From the NCBI GenBank assembly GCA_026770705.1, contig JANJGN010000036.1, forward strand, positions 2,604,001 through 2,668,000: a DNA stretch of 64,000 bases, written 5' to 3'. The notes below the pieces were generated by a model, which was given only the letters and a program-made list of their open reading frames with translations, was not told the origin of the DNA and ran no database searches. Below, one piece after another: positions 52,581 to 62,318 of this stretch (position 1 is the stretch's first letter; each line of letters starts with the position of its first letter). This DNA comes from Isurus oxyrinchus. Its lineage: Eukaryota. The position numbers and the translations under genes are program-made.

Positions 52581-53108
52581 TAAGAATTCGTGACTCGACA
52601 AACCTGGCGCCCGGCATCAAGTCAATGGGGGTAAATGGCTTGATTTCTGGGTTAAAGCGACACTGGGAATCGGATCCCTTCCTCCACCCGCACCACAACC
52701 CCTCCCCCGAACACCACACGCCGCCCCCTCCCCCTCCCCCATCCCGCACTCCCCTCCCCACCTCCATCCGAGCGGCGGAAATGATAAATCGACGAGCGTT
52801 GTGCAAATTCGTCGTTTAATTTTGGACTCCAAACCCCGCCTCCCACACATGTTAAAATGCGAATTGTGTCCTATTGCTCTTTGCAGGCAGGACCTGTGTG
52901 TGGGAGCTGAGCGACTAAAGAGGAAGCTCAGAGTCACCGTTTACCTCCTGCTGCATTTTCCATCCGCCTGTGTTTAAAAGGCAGCGCCTAATTTCCGCGG
53001 CTCCGCATTTCACTGTTTCACCCGGTTCCCCGTCTGGATTGAGGTTCCCGACCCCCCAGAGGAATAAGGGACGAACTCACAACTTCAGCGCAGCCTCGGC
53101 CGCCGACA
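52580..53108 (+). promoter_or_regulatory. CpG-rich promoter region of the VJ-C1 receptor gene
   Basis: CpG-rich. RUNX cores ACCACA (52692, 52713), GC box (~52834), ETS/PU.1-like AAAGAGGAAG (~52917-52926), TTTAAAA at 52973. Confidence 0.55.
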
Positions 53109-53151
53109 ATGGGCGTCATCACTCTCTGCGCCCTGCTCCACCTCTTCCCAG
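53109..53151 (+). CDS. VJ-C1 receptor: leader exon
   Basis: Kozak gacaATGG. MGVITLCALLHLFP+G, donor GTTAGA, phase 1, in frame with the VJ exon. Confidence 0.8.
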
Positions 53152-53774
53152 GTTAGATTTCCTTACTCCTGATGAGCGGGGGGACCCCAGGGGAAGCTCG
53201 CTGAGGAATGTCAGGAGGGTGAGGAGGCGACGCCGCCGCTTTCTGGAATATTCCTCCTCTGCCGAGGGACTGAATGGTCTAAAGGTCAGAACTCCAGGTA
53301 AATCGAAATGTCCCACATCTCATGGCTGCAATTGTGAAGAGGACAGGACAGCCCTGACTGCGCCCCCGACCGAGACTTATCCCTTCACCCAGCAGTCTGT
53401 CTGATTATTACCACGGTGCTATTTCTGGGATCTTGCTGTGCGCTAACTTTTCGCCGCATTTCCGAGAATGCAAGAGTGACCGCCCTTGAAAAAGTAATTC
53501 ATGTGAAGAGCCTTTATCTCCTTCCTATACCTTTCTTTTTCTCTCTCTCTCTTTCTTTTTTTCTTTGTTTCTTTGTTCCTTCCTCTCTTCCTCCAAGTCC
53601 GATCTCAAATTTAACCCTCAGCGCTTTATCCCGGCTACAGGTCAGGAACTGGCGATCCTTCCTGACAGAATGTCCCTGTCACCAGGTGACAGGCGGAATG
53701 TCTCATTGGTATAAAACAGGTTTTATGTTTCCCTGACATAACAGGATGTCTTGTGATGTGTTCTGTCCCCTCAG

Positions 53775-54113
53775 TGACCGTCTCTCAGGCCGCGTTCCCG
53801 CAAACTCCGGCCGCTCAGACCGTCTCGGTGGGCAGTAGCTTCAAGGTGCATTGCCACACAGGCTGGTTATCAAGTGGAGCTGTTTACTGGTATAAACAGC
53901 GGCACCGAGAGCACCTGCAGTTCGTTCACAGGGTGAGAAAGCACATCCCTGCAGAGGGAAGGTTTTCAGGAGAAATCAACGACAAATCTACCATTTACTC
54001 CCTGGTGATCGAGGAGGTCCAGAGAAATGACTCGGGTGTTTATTACTGCGCAGCACGGAAACCCCATGGAATGTCCCTGGTCTTCGGGACCGGCTCCAAA
54101 TTGTTCACCACAG
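53775..54113 (+). CDS. VJ-C1 receptor: single exon encoding a complete V domain with fused J motif
   Basis: (V)TVSQAAFPQTPAAQTVSVGSSFKVHCHTGWLSSGAVYWYKQRHREHLQFVHRVRKHIPAEGRFSGEINDKSTIYSLVIEEVQRNDSGVYYCAARKPHGMSLVFGTGSKLFTT. cAG/GTAAAA sites, 339 nt, phase 1-1, no RSS. Confidence 0.93.
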
Positions 54114-54169
54114 GTAAAAATAAAAAGAGAAATGAGATTGTTTACTCGCTTTATCACTGTTTTTTCCTT

Positions 54170-54520
54170 CGATCACGGGATGTGGGTGTCTCTGGCTCGG
54201 CAAAGCATTTATTACCCATCCCTAATTACCCTTGTTCAGGAGGCATTTAAGAGAAGGTGTGGATCTGGAGTCAGATGTAGGGTCAGAACGGGTAAGGGCG
54301 GCAGATTTCCTTCCCTAAAGGGCATTAGTGAACCAGATGGGTGTTATTTTCTTAATGATGACAATCGATTCCTGGTCATCATTAGACTTTTAATTCCAGA
54401 TACTTATTCCGTTCGAATTCCTCCCTCTGCCGGAGGTGCGATTCGAAGCCGGGTCCCCAGAGCATTACTCACTCTCGAGATTACCCCAGCACAGTGAAAA
54501 CACCACTCCGCACCGTGTCC
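54170..54520 (-). mobile_element. tRNA-derived SINE in the VJ-C1 intron
   Basis: Reverse complement has an A/B-box-like head (..ggcttcgaatc..). Same family as the + copy at ~57410-57865. Confidence 0.7.
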
Positions 54521-54587
54521 CCCAAACTACCAATAACCAGGAATTCATGGTGAATAATAATTATATCTTACGTTCCAAACTCTCCAG

Positions 54588-54890
54588 GTACGCCGACAAT
54601 ATTCCTCTTAGCTCCGCCGGTGGGTGAAGCTGTTGGGATGAAGACTGTCCCATTGATGTGTTTGGTGACCAACGCGGCCTCTGTTACCCTTCCCGTCCGC
54701 TGGAATGTTTCCACGTGGGAGACCGAGGGATGGACGGATTCTGGAACAATCGACTCCAAAGGGGCGTACAATATAAGAAGCCTCATCAGGGTCCCGCCAG
54801 GGACGTGCAGCGGGAGCGGGTTCTGCACTTGCTCTGTTCAAATCACCTCCACTCAAAGTCTCATCAGTGAAAGGTTCTCATATCAGAGAG
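54588..54890 (+). CDS. VJ-C1 receptor: C1-set Ig domain exon
   Basis: (G)TPTIFLLAPPVGEAVGMKTVPLMCLVTNAASVTLPVRWNVSTWETEGWTDSGTIDSKGAYNIRSLIRVPPGTCSGSGFCTCSVQITSTQSLISERFSYQR. 303 nt, phase 1-1, with PxIFLLxP, CLV, VxW, DGxY-like and xTCxV hallmarks. Confidence 0.9.
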
Positions 54891-54999
54891 GTAATTATTG
54901 AAAATATCCCTGTACTGTATATTTAATTGCTGATGTGAGATTTAATTGTTCGCTAATACCGCATTTATTTTAATAGTCGTTCCCTTTCCCTGTGTATGG

Positions 55000-55625
55000 A
55001 TCACAGGCACAGAATCGTAGAAAGTTTACGGCACAGGAAGAGGCCATGGTGTCTGCCCAATAGAAAAAAAGAGCCACCTATCCCAATCCCACTTTCCAGC
55101 ATTTGGCCCGTAGCCTTGCAGATCAGAGCGCTACAGATGCACATCCAACTGTCTTTCCAATGAATTGATGGTTTCTGCCTCTACTGCCCTTTCAGGCAGT
55201 GAGTCTCAGACCCCTGCAACCCTCTGTGTGAGAAAAATCTTCACTCGTCTCCCCTCTAATCTTTCTACAAATCACTATAAACCTGGACACTGACCTCTCT
55301 GCTAAAGTAGAAAAGCCATTCTCTCCCCCTCCATCCAGACTCCAAACAATTTTGTACACTTCAACCCAAACTCCCGTCAGCCTCCTCTGCTCCAAGGAGA
55401 ACAGTCCCAGACAATCCAATGTTTCCTCATAGCTACAGTTTTCCAGTCGTGGTAACATCCTTGTGAGTTTGTTCTGTACCCTCTCTAATGCAATCACGCC
55501 CTTTCTGTAATGAGGTAACCAGAACTGCACACACCACTCACGCTGCAACCTAACGCATGTTTTATACAGTTTCAGCATAGCCTCCCTGCTCTTGTATCCT
55601 AAAGCTCGTCTAATAAATGAAAGGA
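55000..55625 (-). mobile_element. CR1 LINE 3' fragment
   Basis: MLKLYKTCVRLQREWCVQFWLPHYRK...LGLFSLEQRRL. Confidence 0.85.
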
Positions 55626-55949
55626 CCTGGGGCTAATTACCTGGTCAATTACCTCTGCCACATTTCTCAATGTTTCAGTGTTTAGCTCACTGAAAGTTGA
55701 AGTTCATCTGTTTAACTATGCCAGAGTTATATGGTGGGAGATAAGGAATCAGTCTGAAATTTTGCAGTTTAAATTGGAAAATTGAAATTCAATTTCCAGT
55801 TTGAAACTTGAGCAGTATTTTGCTTCTATCCTCCCAAACGCACAATACCATCAACATGTGCTCTTACTCTCATATCCCTTTTTCTGCCGTGTGTTTAAGG
55901 AGTTTCTATGCAATGTGACTTTCCGTTCTAGCCATTTCCACATTCTAAC

Positions 55950-56105
55950 GATAAAAGCAAAATACGGCGGATGCTGGAAATCTGAAGCAAAAGCAGGAAA
56001 AAAAGACTTGGAGAAGGGTCACGCAGACTCGAAACGTTACCTCCGTTTCTCTCTCCACAGATGTTGTCAAGCCCGCTGAGATTTTCCAGTTTTTTTCTAT
56101 TTTTG
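55950..56105. mobile_element. Short insertion (Penelope-associated hairpin-type repeat) with a 14-bp target-site duplication
   Basis: TTCCACATTCTAAC at 55936-55949 and 56106-56119 flanks it. A related copy lies at 57559-57690. The family assignment is from recollection. Confidence 0.65.
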
Positions 56106-56776
56106 TTCCACATTCTAACCACCCTGAACAAAACAAAAAAAAAAACACGGTTTCGCTTGAAAGCCCAATTGGGATTCATAATTGGTAGAAGAGTTGAAAG
56201 CTCGACATTCCAGGAGACAAAGCGGACTTTGCATTAAATTCAGATTGATACAAAAGTATCGGGATAGGTCCAAATAGTGGAGCCGATGTTTGATTCCTTT
56301 GGCGAAGAAGAATGTTCTACAATGGACACTAAACCACAAGACAACAACACTAGCAGAGACAAAGTAAGCCACTTGATTGGCACCTTATAAATACTCACCC
56401 TCTGCATGGGCCCAGTGGCAGTAATATCTACCATCTACAAGGTGTCCTGCAGAATCTCGCCATGGTCACGTTGTTCTCTAATCTTATTGTGTTTTCTTGA
56501 ATTTACCTCTTAATCCTTGTCTCTTCCAGGCTCGCTCTGTCTCTCCACCAATCTGTCTACCCCTTTTCATTTTCATATTTTTATTTCACTCGTGTTTTTG
56601 ATTATACTGGTAAAACTAACTTTGAGTCCCCATCCCTCGCTCTTTTGAGTGGGCGTTGGTGTGTAATCTTGAAATTTTGAAAAGTGACAGGTGGCACGGG
56701 TAAGGGATTTTTCAATATTGTTTCTCCGCCCGTCTCCTCCCCCACCCCTCACCCCCTCACCCGCCCCCTTCTTCAG

Positions 56777-56890
56777 AGCCGCGAAAATGTACTTGCTACC
56801 TGTTGATTTACCGAAGTTCATTGGGGACCATTCTCTTTCTATTGACCTTGACTGTCGTCGCTAGATGGAGCTACGCAAAGCGACACTCAG
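56777..56890 (+). CDS. VJ-C1 receptor: connecting peptide and transmembrane exon
   Basis: cttcttcAG|...|GTAGGA, 114 nt, phase 1-1. (E)PRKCTCYLLIYRSSLGTILFLLTLTVVARWSYAKRHS. Confidence 0.8.
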
Positions 56891-57026
56891 GTAGGAAGGG
56901 CTGCAAATTTTTGGGGCTCTACACCCCTGCAAGTGAGTCGATGCACACTTTGCCTCTTTTTGACACTTTAATTAACCCGATAAGGGTAAAATTTGCAGAC
57001 ATTTATGTCCTTTTTTTATATATCAG

Positions 57027-57085
57027 GCAACGGGAGCTCGGATAAAACTTTCGCGGATTCTGGGCCACGTGAACGGAACCAAGAG
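57027..57085 (+). CDS. VJ-C1 receptor: first cytoplasmic exon
   Basis: tttatatatcAG|...gag|GTAAAT, phase 1-0. (G)NGSSDKTFADSGPRERNQE. Confidence 0.75.
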
Positions 57086-57409
57086 GTAAATACATGGAGA
57101 CTTTTTTGCAGTTTCCTGTCGCTGATTTTATACAACAACGTTGATATGGGATAGCTATGGTCCCGAAAGTTCACTAAACTTCTCATAGTCAAAATAGCAT
57201 CATTTACAATTTTGCTAGAACTGGAAACTGCTGGAAATATATATCTGGAGATTTAATATCAGTAATGATATTTAATGATTTTTCAATCGAACGATAATAG
57301 AGTTAAAATGGTTGAATTATGAGAACAGGTAGCACATATTCGTTGTTTATACTGAAGAATAAATCATGTTCCAATTGTAATGCTTACGCTGCTTAAATTA
57401 TCTATGAGG

Positions 57410-57865
57410 GATGTGGTGGCAGAGTGGGATTGTCACTGGGCTACTGTTCAACTGTAATTTCCTGGATACCCGGGTTCCAATTCCAGTGCAGCAAAAGGCT
57501 CAATTTTAATTCAGTCCAAATTTGGAATTAAAAAAATCTCTAAACCATAGGTGATTGTCTGAAGAAGGTTCATATGGACTCGAAATGTTAATTGTTTTTT
57601 TCTCTCCACAGATGGTGTTGTACCTGCTGAGTTTTTCCAGCATTTTCTGTTTTTGTTCCAAATTTCCAGCATCTGCAGTATTTTACTTTCATTATATTGT
57701 CTGGTGCACTAATGCCCCATAGGGGAGAAGATCTGCCACCCTCACCTGGACTGGCTGGCACGTGACTCCAGACCCACAGCAATGTGGTTGACTCTTAACT
57801 GCAATTAGGGATGGGCACTCAGTGCTGGCCTAGGCAGCGACGCCAACATTATATGAACGAATGAG
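57410..57865 (+). mobile_element. tRNA-derived SINE carrying a nested hairpin-type repeat
   Basis: gtggtggcagagtgg (A box) ... gggttccaattcc (B box). The 3' tail aattagggatgggca..gctggcct is shared with the LINE end at ~51860-51925. Confidence 0.7.
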
Positions 57866-58177
57866 GAAATGATTGGATAAGACGAGAAAATCTGTTACAG
57901 GCGCGAATGCTCAGGGACAAAACCTTAAAATTGGGAGCAGCCGTTCAGAGGTGACATCAGAAAGCACCAGCACACACGAGGGGGAGGTGGGGATCTCAGC
58001 TAGATTTTAATATTTACTTTCAATCCTAAAGCATTGCAACGTATTTGAAGATAGAGACCAACATTGGTCTAATTGAATGGGGTATCAAGTTCCAGGGGAG
58101 CTCCTAATGTTTATATGATGATAATAGTTACAATTTCCCCTCATAGACTCTTGATGCTCGACTGGTGTTTACTGCAG

Positions 58178-58279
58178 ATCCGGCGTCCTGACGGGGAAGA
58201 ACAGTTATTAGATGAAGCAGGAGATGACGCGTTGAAGAACATTTCCAACACGGAATTCAATAAGAAATATTGTCCAATG
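58178..58279 (+). CDS. Candidate cytoplasmic exon ending in YCPM
   Basis: ttactgcAG|...atg|GTAATT, 102 nt, phase 0-0. IRRPDGEEQLLDEAGDDALKNISNTEFNKKYCPM. Confidence 0.55.
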
Positions 58280-58575
58280 GTAATTCCAACAATATTTCCT
58301 CGATCTTGTGCCGTGCTCGTGTGTTTGGACGCTCATTGGCATAGGTGTGGAAATGTAACTTAGAAGACCTCTAGGTGTCAGCACTTCCACTAGACGGAGT
58401 TTCACTTTTATGTTAGTGAGTAACAAGCACTTGTCACCAACGAATGACCCCTCAGATGTATTTCCAATATAGAAACGATTTAGCACCTACTGTGGATTTG
58501 TCATTATTATTGTTCTCCTTCTTGTTCTTGCTCTTATTATTATCCGTCACGTAAATGTCCATCGGTGATATCACA

Positions 58576-59165
58576 ACATGAACACGGACGTATACAGAGA
58601 TATAACTGCATACCTAAACCTTGTATAACACTGCAAAATGTGGTTTCCTCAAACGAACAGAAGCGGCAGGGATCTTATTCTGATTCTGGATCAGTGTCTT
58701 TCGAAGGAATTGCTCCCTAATACTTAACTGACCCTTCTATTATTAGATGTCAGTGCGGTTTACAGTTAGATCGATAATGAGGACCGGATTCAAATTAAGA
58801 TGATGATTACAGGCTCCTAATGCCCTCTGTTTACAGAGAGACATATCCCTTGCAATCTGAAGCTAAATGCAAAGAAAAATATCAAACAAGCAGCGCTGGT
58901 TTTAAATCTAAGAATGAGACATCACCTTCCTGAAACATATAAGATTCTGAGGGAGCTTTGACAGGGTAGATGTTGAGAGGCTGTTTGCCGTCGTGGGGAA
59001 TCTGGAACTAGTGTTCACAGCTTCAGAATGAGGGTTTCCCATTTACAACTGATACGATGTGATTGATTTTTAAATTGTCCTGCCCAGAGAGCATTTGAAG
59101 CTGGGTCAGTGAACATGCTGAAGTCTGAGTTAGACAGATTTTTGATTGACAAGGTAGCCAGAAAT
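58576..59165 (+). repeat. ~600-bp direct repeat, copy 2
   Basis: Paralog of 51986-52580, offset 6590 bp. Confidence 0.9.
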
Positions 59166-59816
59166 TATGGGGAGCAGACAGGAAAGTGAAGCCAAGGCCA
59201 CAAAAGGTTCAGCCATGTTCTTATTGAATGAGGGCACAGGCTCGGGAGCACAAATGTTCTACTCCTGCTCATATTTCTCAGGATAGTTTAATATTTGGTC
59301 AATTGAAATAAATGTTCAGATCGTAATTGTTGACTGGTCTAAAATCAATCTTAAAAGGAAAATATTTTAACAATTTACACCAAAGGACTCTGTGTTAAGG
59401 TGAACTGATTTTCACACCGTTTTAAATACAGTGAGACTTAGTTAGGAGATTTACAAAATGGTTCCATTGCGCCATTGCTTCGTGGGAGCTTTTCACTCCG
59501 CTTCCTGAAACAAGGAGCTGCAATGGGTATTTAAAATTGACGTGAATTAAACAAACGCTCATTAAAATGGCCTTGTTAAACATTAATATCGACCCCAGCA
59601 GCCAGATTAATGAATCCGAATCCCAATTAAGATGAAGATGAGAAACCGGTTTACCGCGATGCTCATCGCAAAGGGTCAAATTGCTGCATCCCAATCGACA
59701 CAAAACATTTAGAATCTTCTGCTGGCTGAAATCATTCTTTTGTGGGACTCTCTCATGGAAAACTTGAGCCAATTATAAAGTTAAAACAGCAAATCCGTGC
59801 TGCAAATTCTCCACAG

Positions 59817-59865
59817 GATCCCAAGTCAAGGAATCTTCAGGAGAATTCTGAGCGACGGAAGCTGG
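59817..59865 (+). CDS. Candidate cytoplasmic exon
   Basis: tctccacAG|...g|GTGAGA, phase 0-1. DPKSRNLQENSERRKL. Confidence 0.5.
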
Positions 59866-59988
59866 GTGAGAAGAGAGAGATACATTCATCTTAATGTGAC
59901 TAACGAGATAGAATGAAATACAGTCAGAATGGGTTCTGAAATGAGCAGACAGTGTTGTCCCTCACTGAGTGCCTGAACTGTTTTGCAG

Positions 59989-60182
59989 AAATGCTTGACC
60001 TTGAAAAACAAAGAAGTGAGTCAGTGACCCTTGCAGCAGAGAGCGGGGCTGGGCAGCAGAGAGGCTGTGACAGCGAGCTTCAGAAAGACTCCTCGATCAC
60101 AGCCCATTCAGAGAGTGTGAAAAGCACATCGAGGGCGGAAATCGTTGACCCAGATTCTGATCACTTTACATTTGAGATATAA
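59989..60182 (+). CDS. Candidate terminal exon A
   Basis: ttttgcAG|, phase 1. (E)MLDLEKQRSESV...DPDSDHFTFEI*, with AATAAA at 60428. An internal GTGAGT at 60016 could instead make this a 27-nt exon. Confidence 0.45.
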
Positions 60183-61299
60183 AGTTGTTCGAGGCAGAAG
60201 CTCTTAGTGGGTTTCCTGTTATTTTACCGTATCTTATGCAAGCTTCACGTACCGAGCTGCCTTCAGAGGTGAAACGCTGGGTATCAATGTTAAACTGCTG
60301 AGAGAAGGCGGCTTGCTCCAAAGATAGATTCAACTGAACAGAGAAGAGGCTGGTTTACAATGAACCTCATTTACAGCGCCCTTATCGATGTGGCGTCTGT
60401 CACTGTTTATCTTCAATCCCGGTTTAGAATAAAATTTGCAGGTTCCCAATATTATTCACAAATGATGCCTTTACTTCACCTGCTGCTCACAACGAATAAT
60501 CTGTCTGTTACCCACGCACAGGCAACACTGCAACAGCTCACTCAGGCTTTTAATGTAGTTTTGAATACACCCCACACACAAGTCATTGAATATGTTTCAG
60601 TCTCGGTATTGAGCTGATAGTATCGGGAATTTTGCACACCACGGTGCCATTCAGGTGAGGTTATTGGAACATATATTACTTTACTGAGACTTTATTTTTG
60701 GGGAAATTTTCATGGCGTCCTGTCACTGAATGTTTCACGTAGTTAACAGAGAGCTTGGTCAGTCTGCAGCATCTGATTTTATGTCAAATCCCACTCGTCC
60801 GTTTAACTGGAATCGGAACATATTCCTCATCCTTCTCCCGCTCTGATAAAATAAATGATAAGTTAATGTCCAGGAAAGAATTCACCTGTCAGACTTAATG
60901 CGAATTTCCAACCTTTTCCCTTCCAACGTTCTCCTTTCATTCAGTTTATCTCTACAATGAAGCCATTCCACATCCCCTGCCTCTCTCTTTCCTCTCACCT
61001 CCACCCAACTGTTTTGCGTTCATATATAAGCCCCTGGAATTGCAGATATGGCCAATCCGAACCCAATGTCATTTTACACTTATGGCAAAATATGTTTCTG
61101 TTTTTAGTGACAAAGATGGAATCAGTTGGCACAGAAAGTACGTTTGTGTGTGTGTGTGTGTGTTGCGTGTGTGTTTGTGTCTTTTTATGTGTTTGTGTGT
61201 CTTTTTATGTGTGCATGTGTGTGTATGTGAATGTGATTGTGCGTACCTTAGTGGGTCACTGTCTACCACTGTCTCCACCCAGCTCCCTCACTCAACTAT

Positions 61300-61720
61300 A
61301 CGCCCCTCAGAGTCATAAGTGGAGGGTTCGAGTCATCACGCCAGAGAATTGAGCAAGAAGTATAGACTGGCTCATCACTGAGGGAGTGCTGCACTGACTA
61401 AGGTGCCGCTTTCAGATTCAGTGTTAAACCTTGGCCCATTCTGCCCGTTGATTGGAGTGAAAGATGCACCATCGCTATTCCGTGAAGAGGTGGGGTGGGG
61501 ATTGGGTTGTCTCCTGTGACCTGGGCGATATTTAATCTCTCGACCAACATCTACAAACACATTTTCTAGATCATAATCTTATTGTTTTATTCCTGGGATC
61601 TTTTTGAGTGCAATATAGCGGCCCCATTAATAACATTAAAAACAGTGAGTGCACTACAAGAAGTGTCTGAAAAACAAATGGAGTTCCTGAAACCTTGAAA
61701 AGCGCTATATTAACTCAAGC
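61300..61720 (+). mobile_element. Deu-domain-type SINE (degenerate)
   Basis: B box ggttcgagtc, actgagggagtgctgcact, ctgggatctt..., ending in aaagcgctatat. Confidence 0.7.
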
Positions 61721-62258
61721 CTTTTAATTGTGTGTGTGTGTGTGTTATTTGATCTGGATACAATTAATTCTGTGGGATCTCCCCAACCGTATAGATAGGA
61801 TAGAGCGAAAGATGGTAATCTGATTGGCGACTTAACATCAATGCAATCCAATAAACTTGAGATTCATCACCCCAATTTTCTGATTACACCTTGGTGATTT
61901 CTGTATTAAGTTGCTTTCTGAATTCTGCTTCTCTATTCCAATACGATAATTCAGGCAACTCTTGCAGCGGCACATTTAACAAATCAATTATAAAACTGAG
62001 ATAGGGAGCAATGAAAGCAGAGATAAAAAATACATTTTAAAAGACATGCATATTTGTGGCAGAAAAAAATGCAAAGTTATGGGAAAGGAGATGAGTTCAC
62101 TGGGACGAATTGGGTTACTTTTTCAAAGAGCTGGTATAGACACCATGGGCCGAATGGCTTCCTTCTGTGCTGAATCATTCTATGATTCGAAAAAGTTCTA
62201 TTACAGCGTTAACCTGACTTCACCTCTAACTATTTTTGAATGTGAATACATATCCGAG

Positions 62259-62318
62259 ACTCAGGGCGGACCTCTCTACGCCTTCCTTGAGTTTGCTGCA
62301 TTGCAAAATAAATCATAA
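62259..62318 (+). CDS. Candidate terminal exon B with an ITIM-like tyrosine motif
   Basis: Phase 0, TQGGPLYAFLEFAALQNKS*. The acceptor is weak (ccgAG). AATAAA at 62688. Confidence 0.45.
   Translation, partial: TQGGPLYAFLEFAALQNKS

Noticed and set aside
54490-54496. CACAGTG heptamer downstream of the VJ exon
   Set aside because: It lies inside a SINE, has no nonamer at 12 or 23 nt, and does not abut coding sequence.
53775-54890. Reading VJ+C1 as an ordinary germline-joined Ig light chain
   Set aside because: The C domain is unlike IgL C and lacks the terminal Cys and stop. It ends in a splice donor leading to an in-frame TM exon.
34270-61720. A/B-box sequences as tRNA genes
   Set aside because: No cloverleaf can be formed, and each runs into a SINE body.
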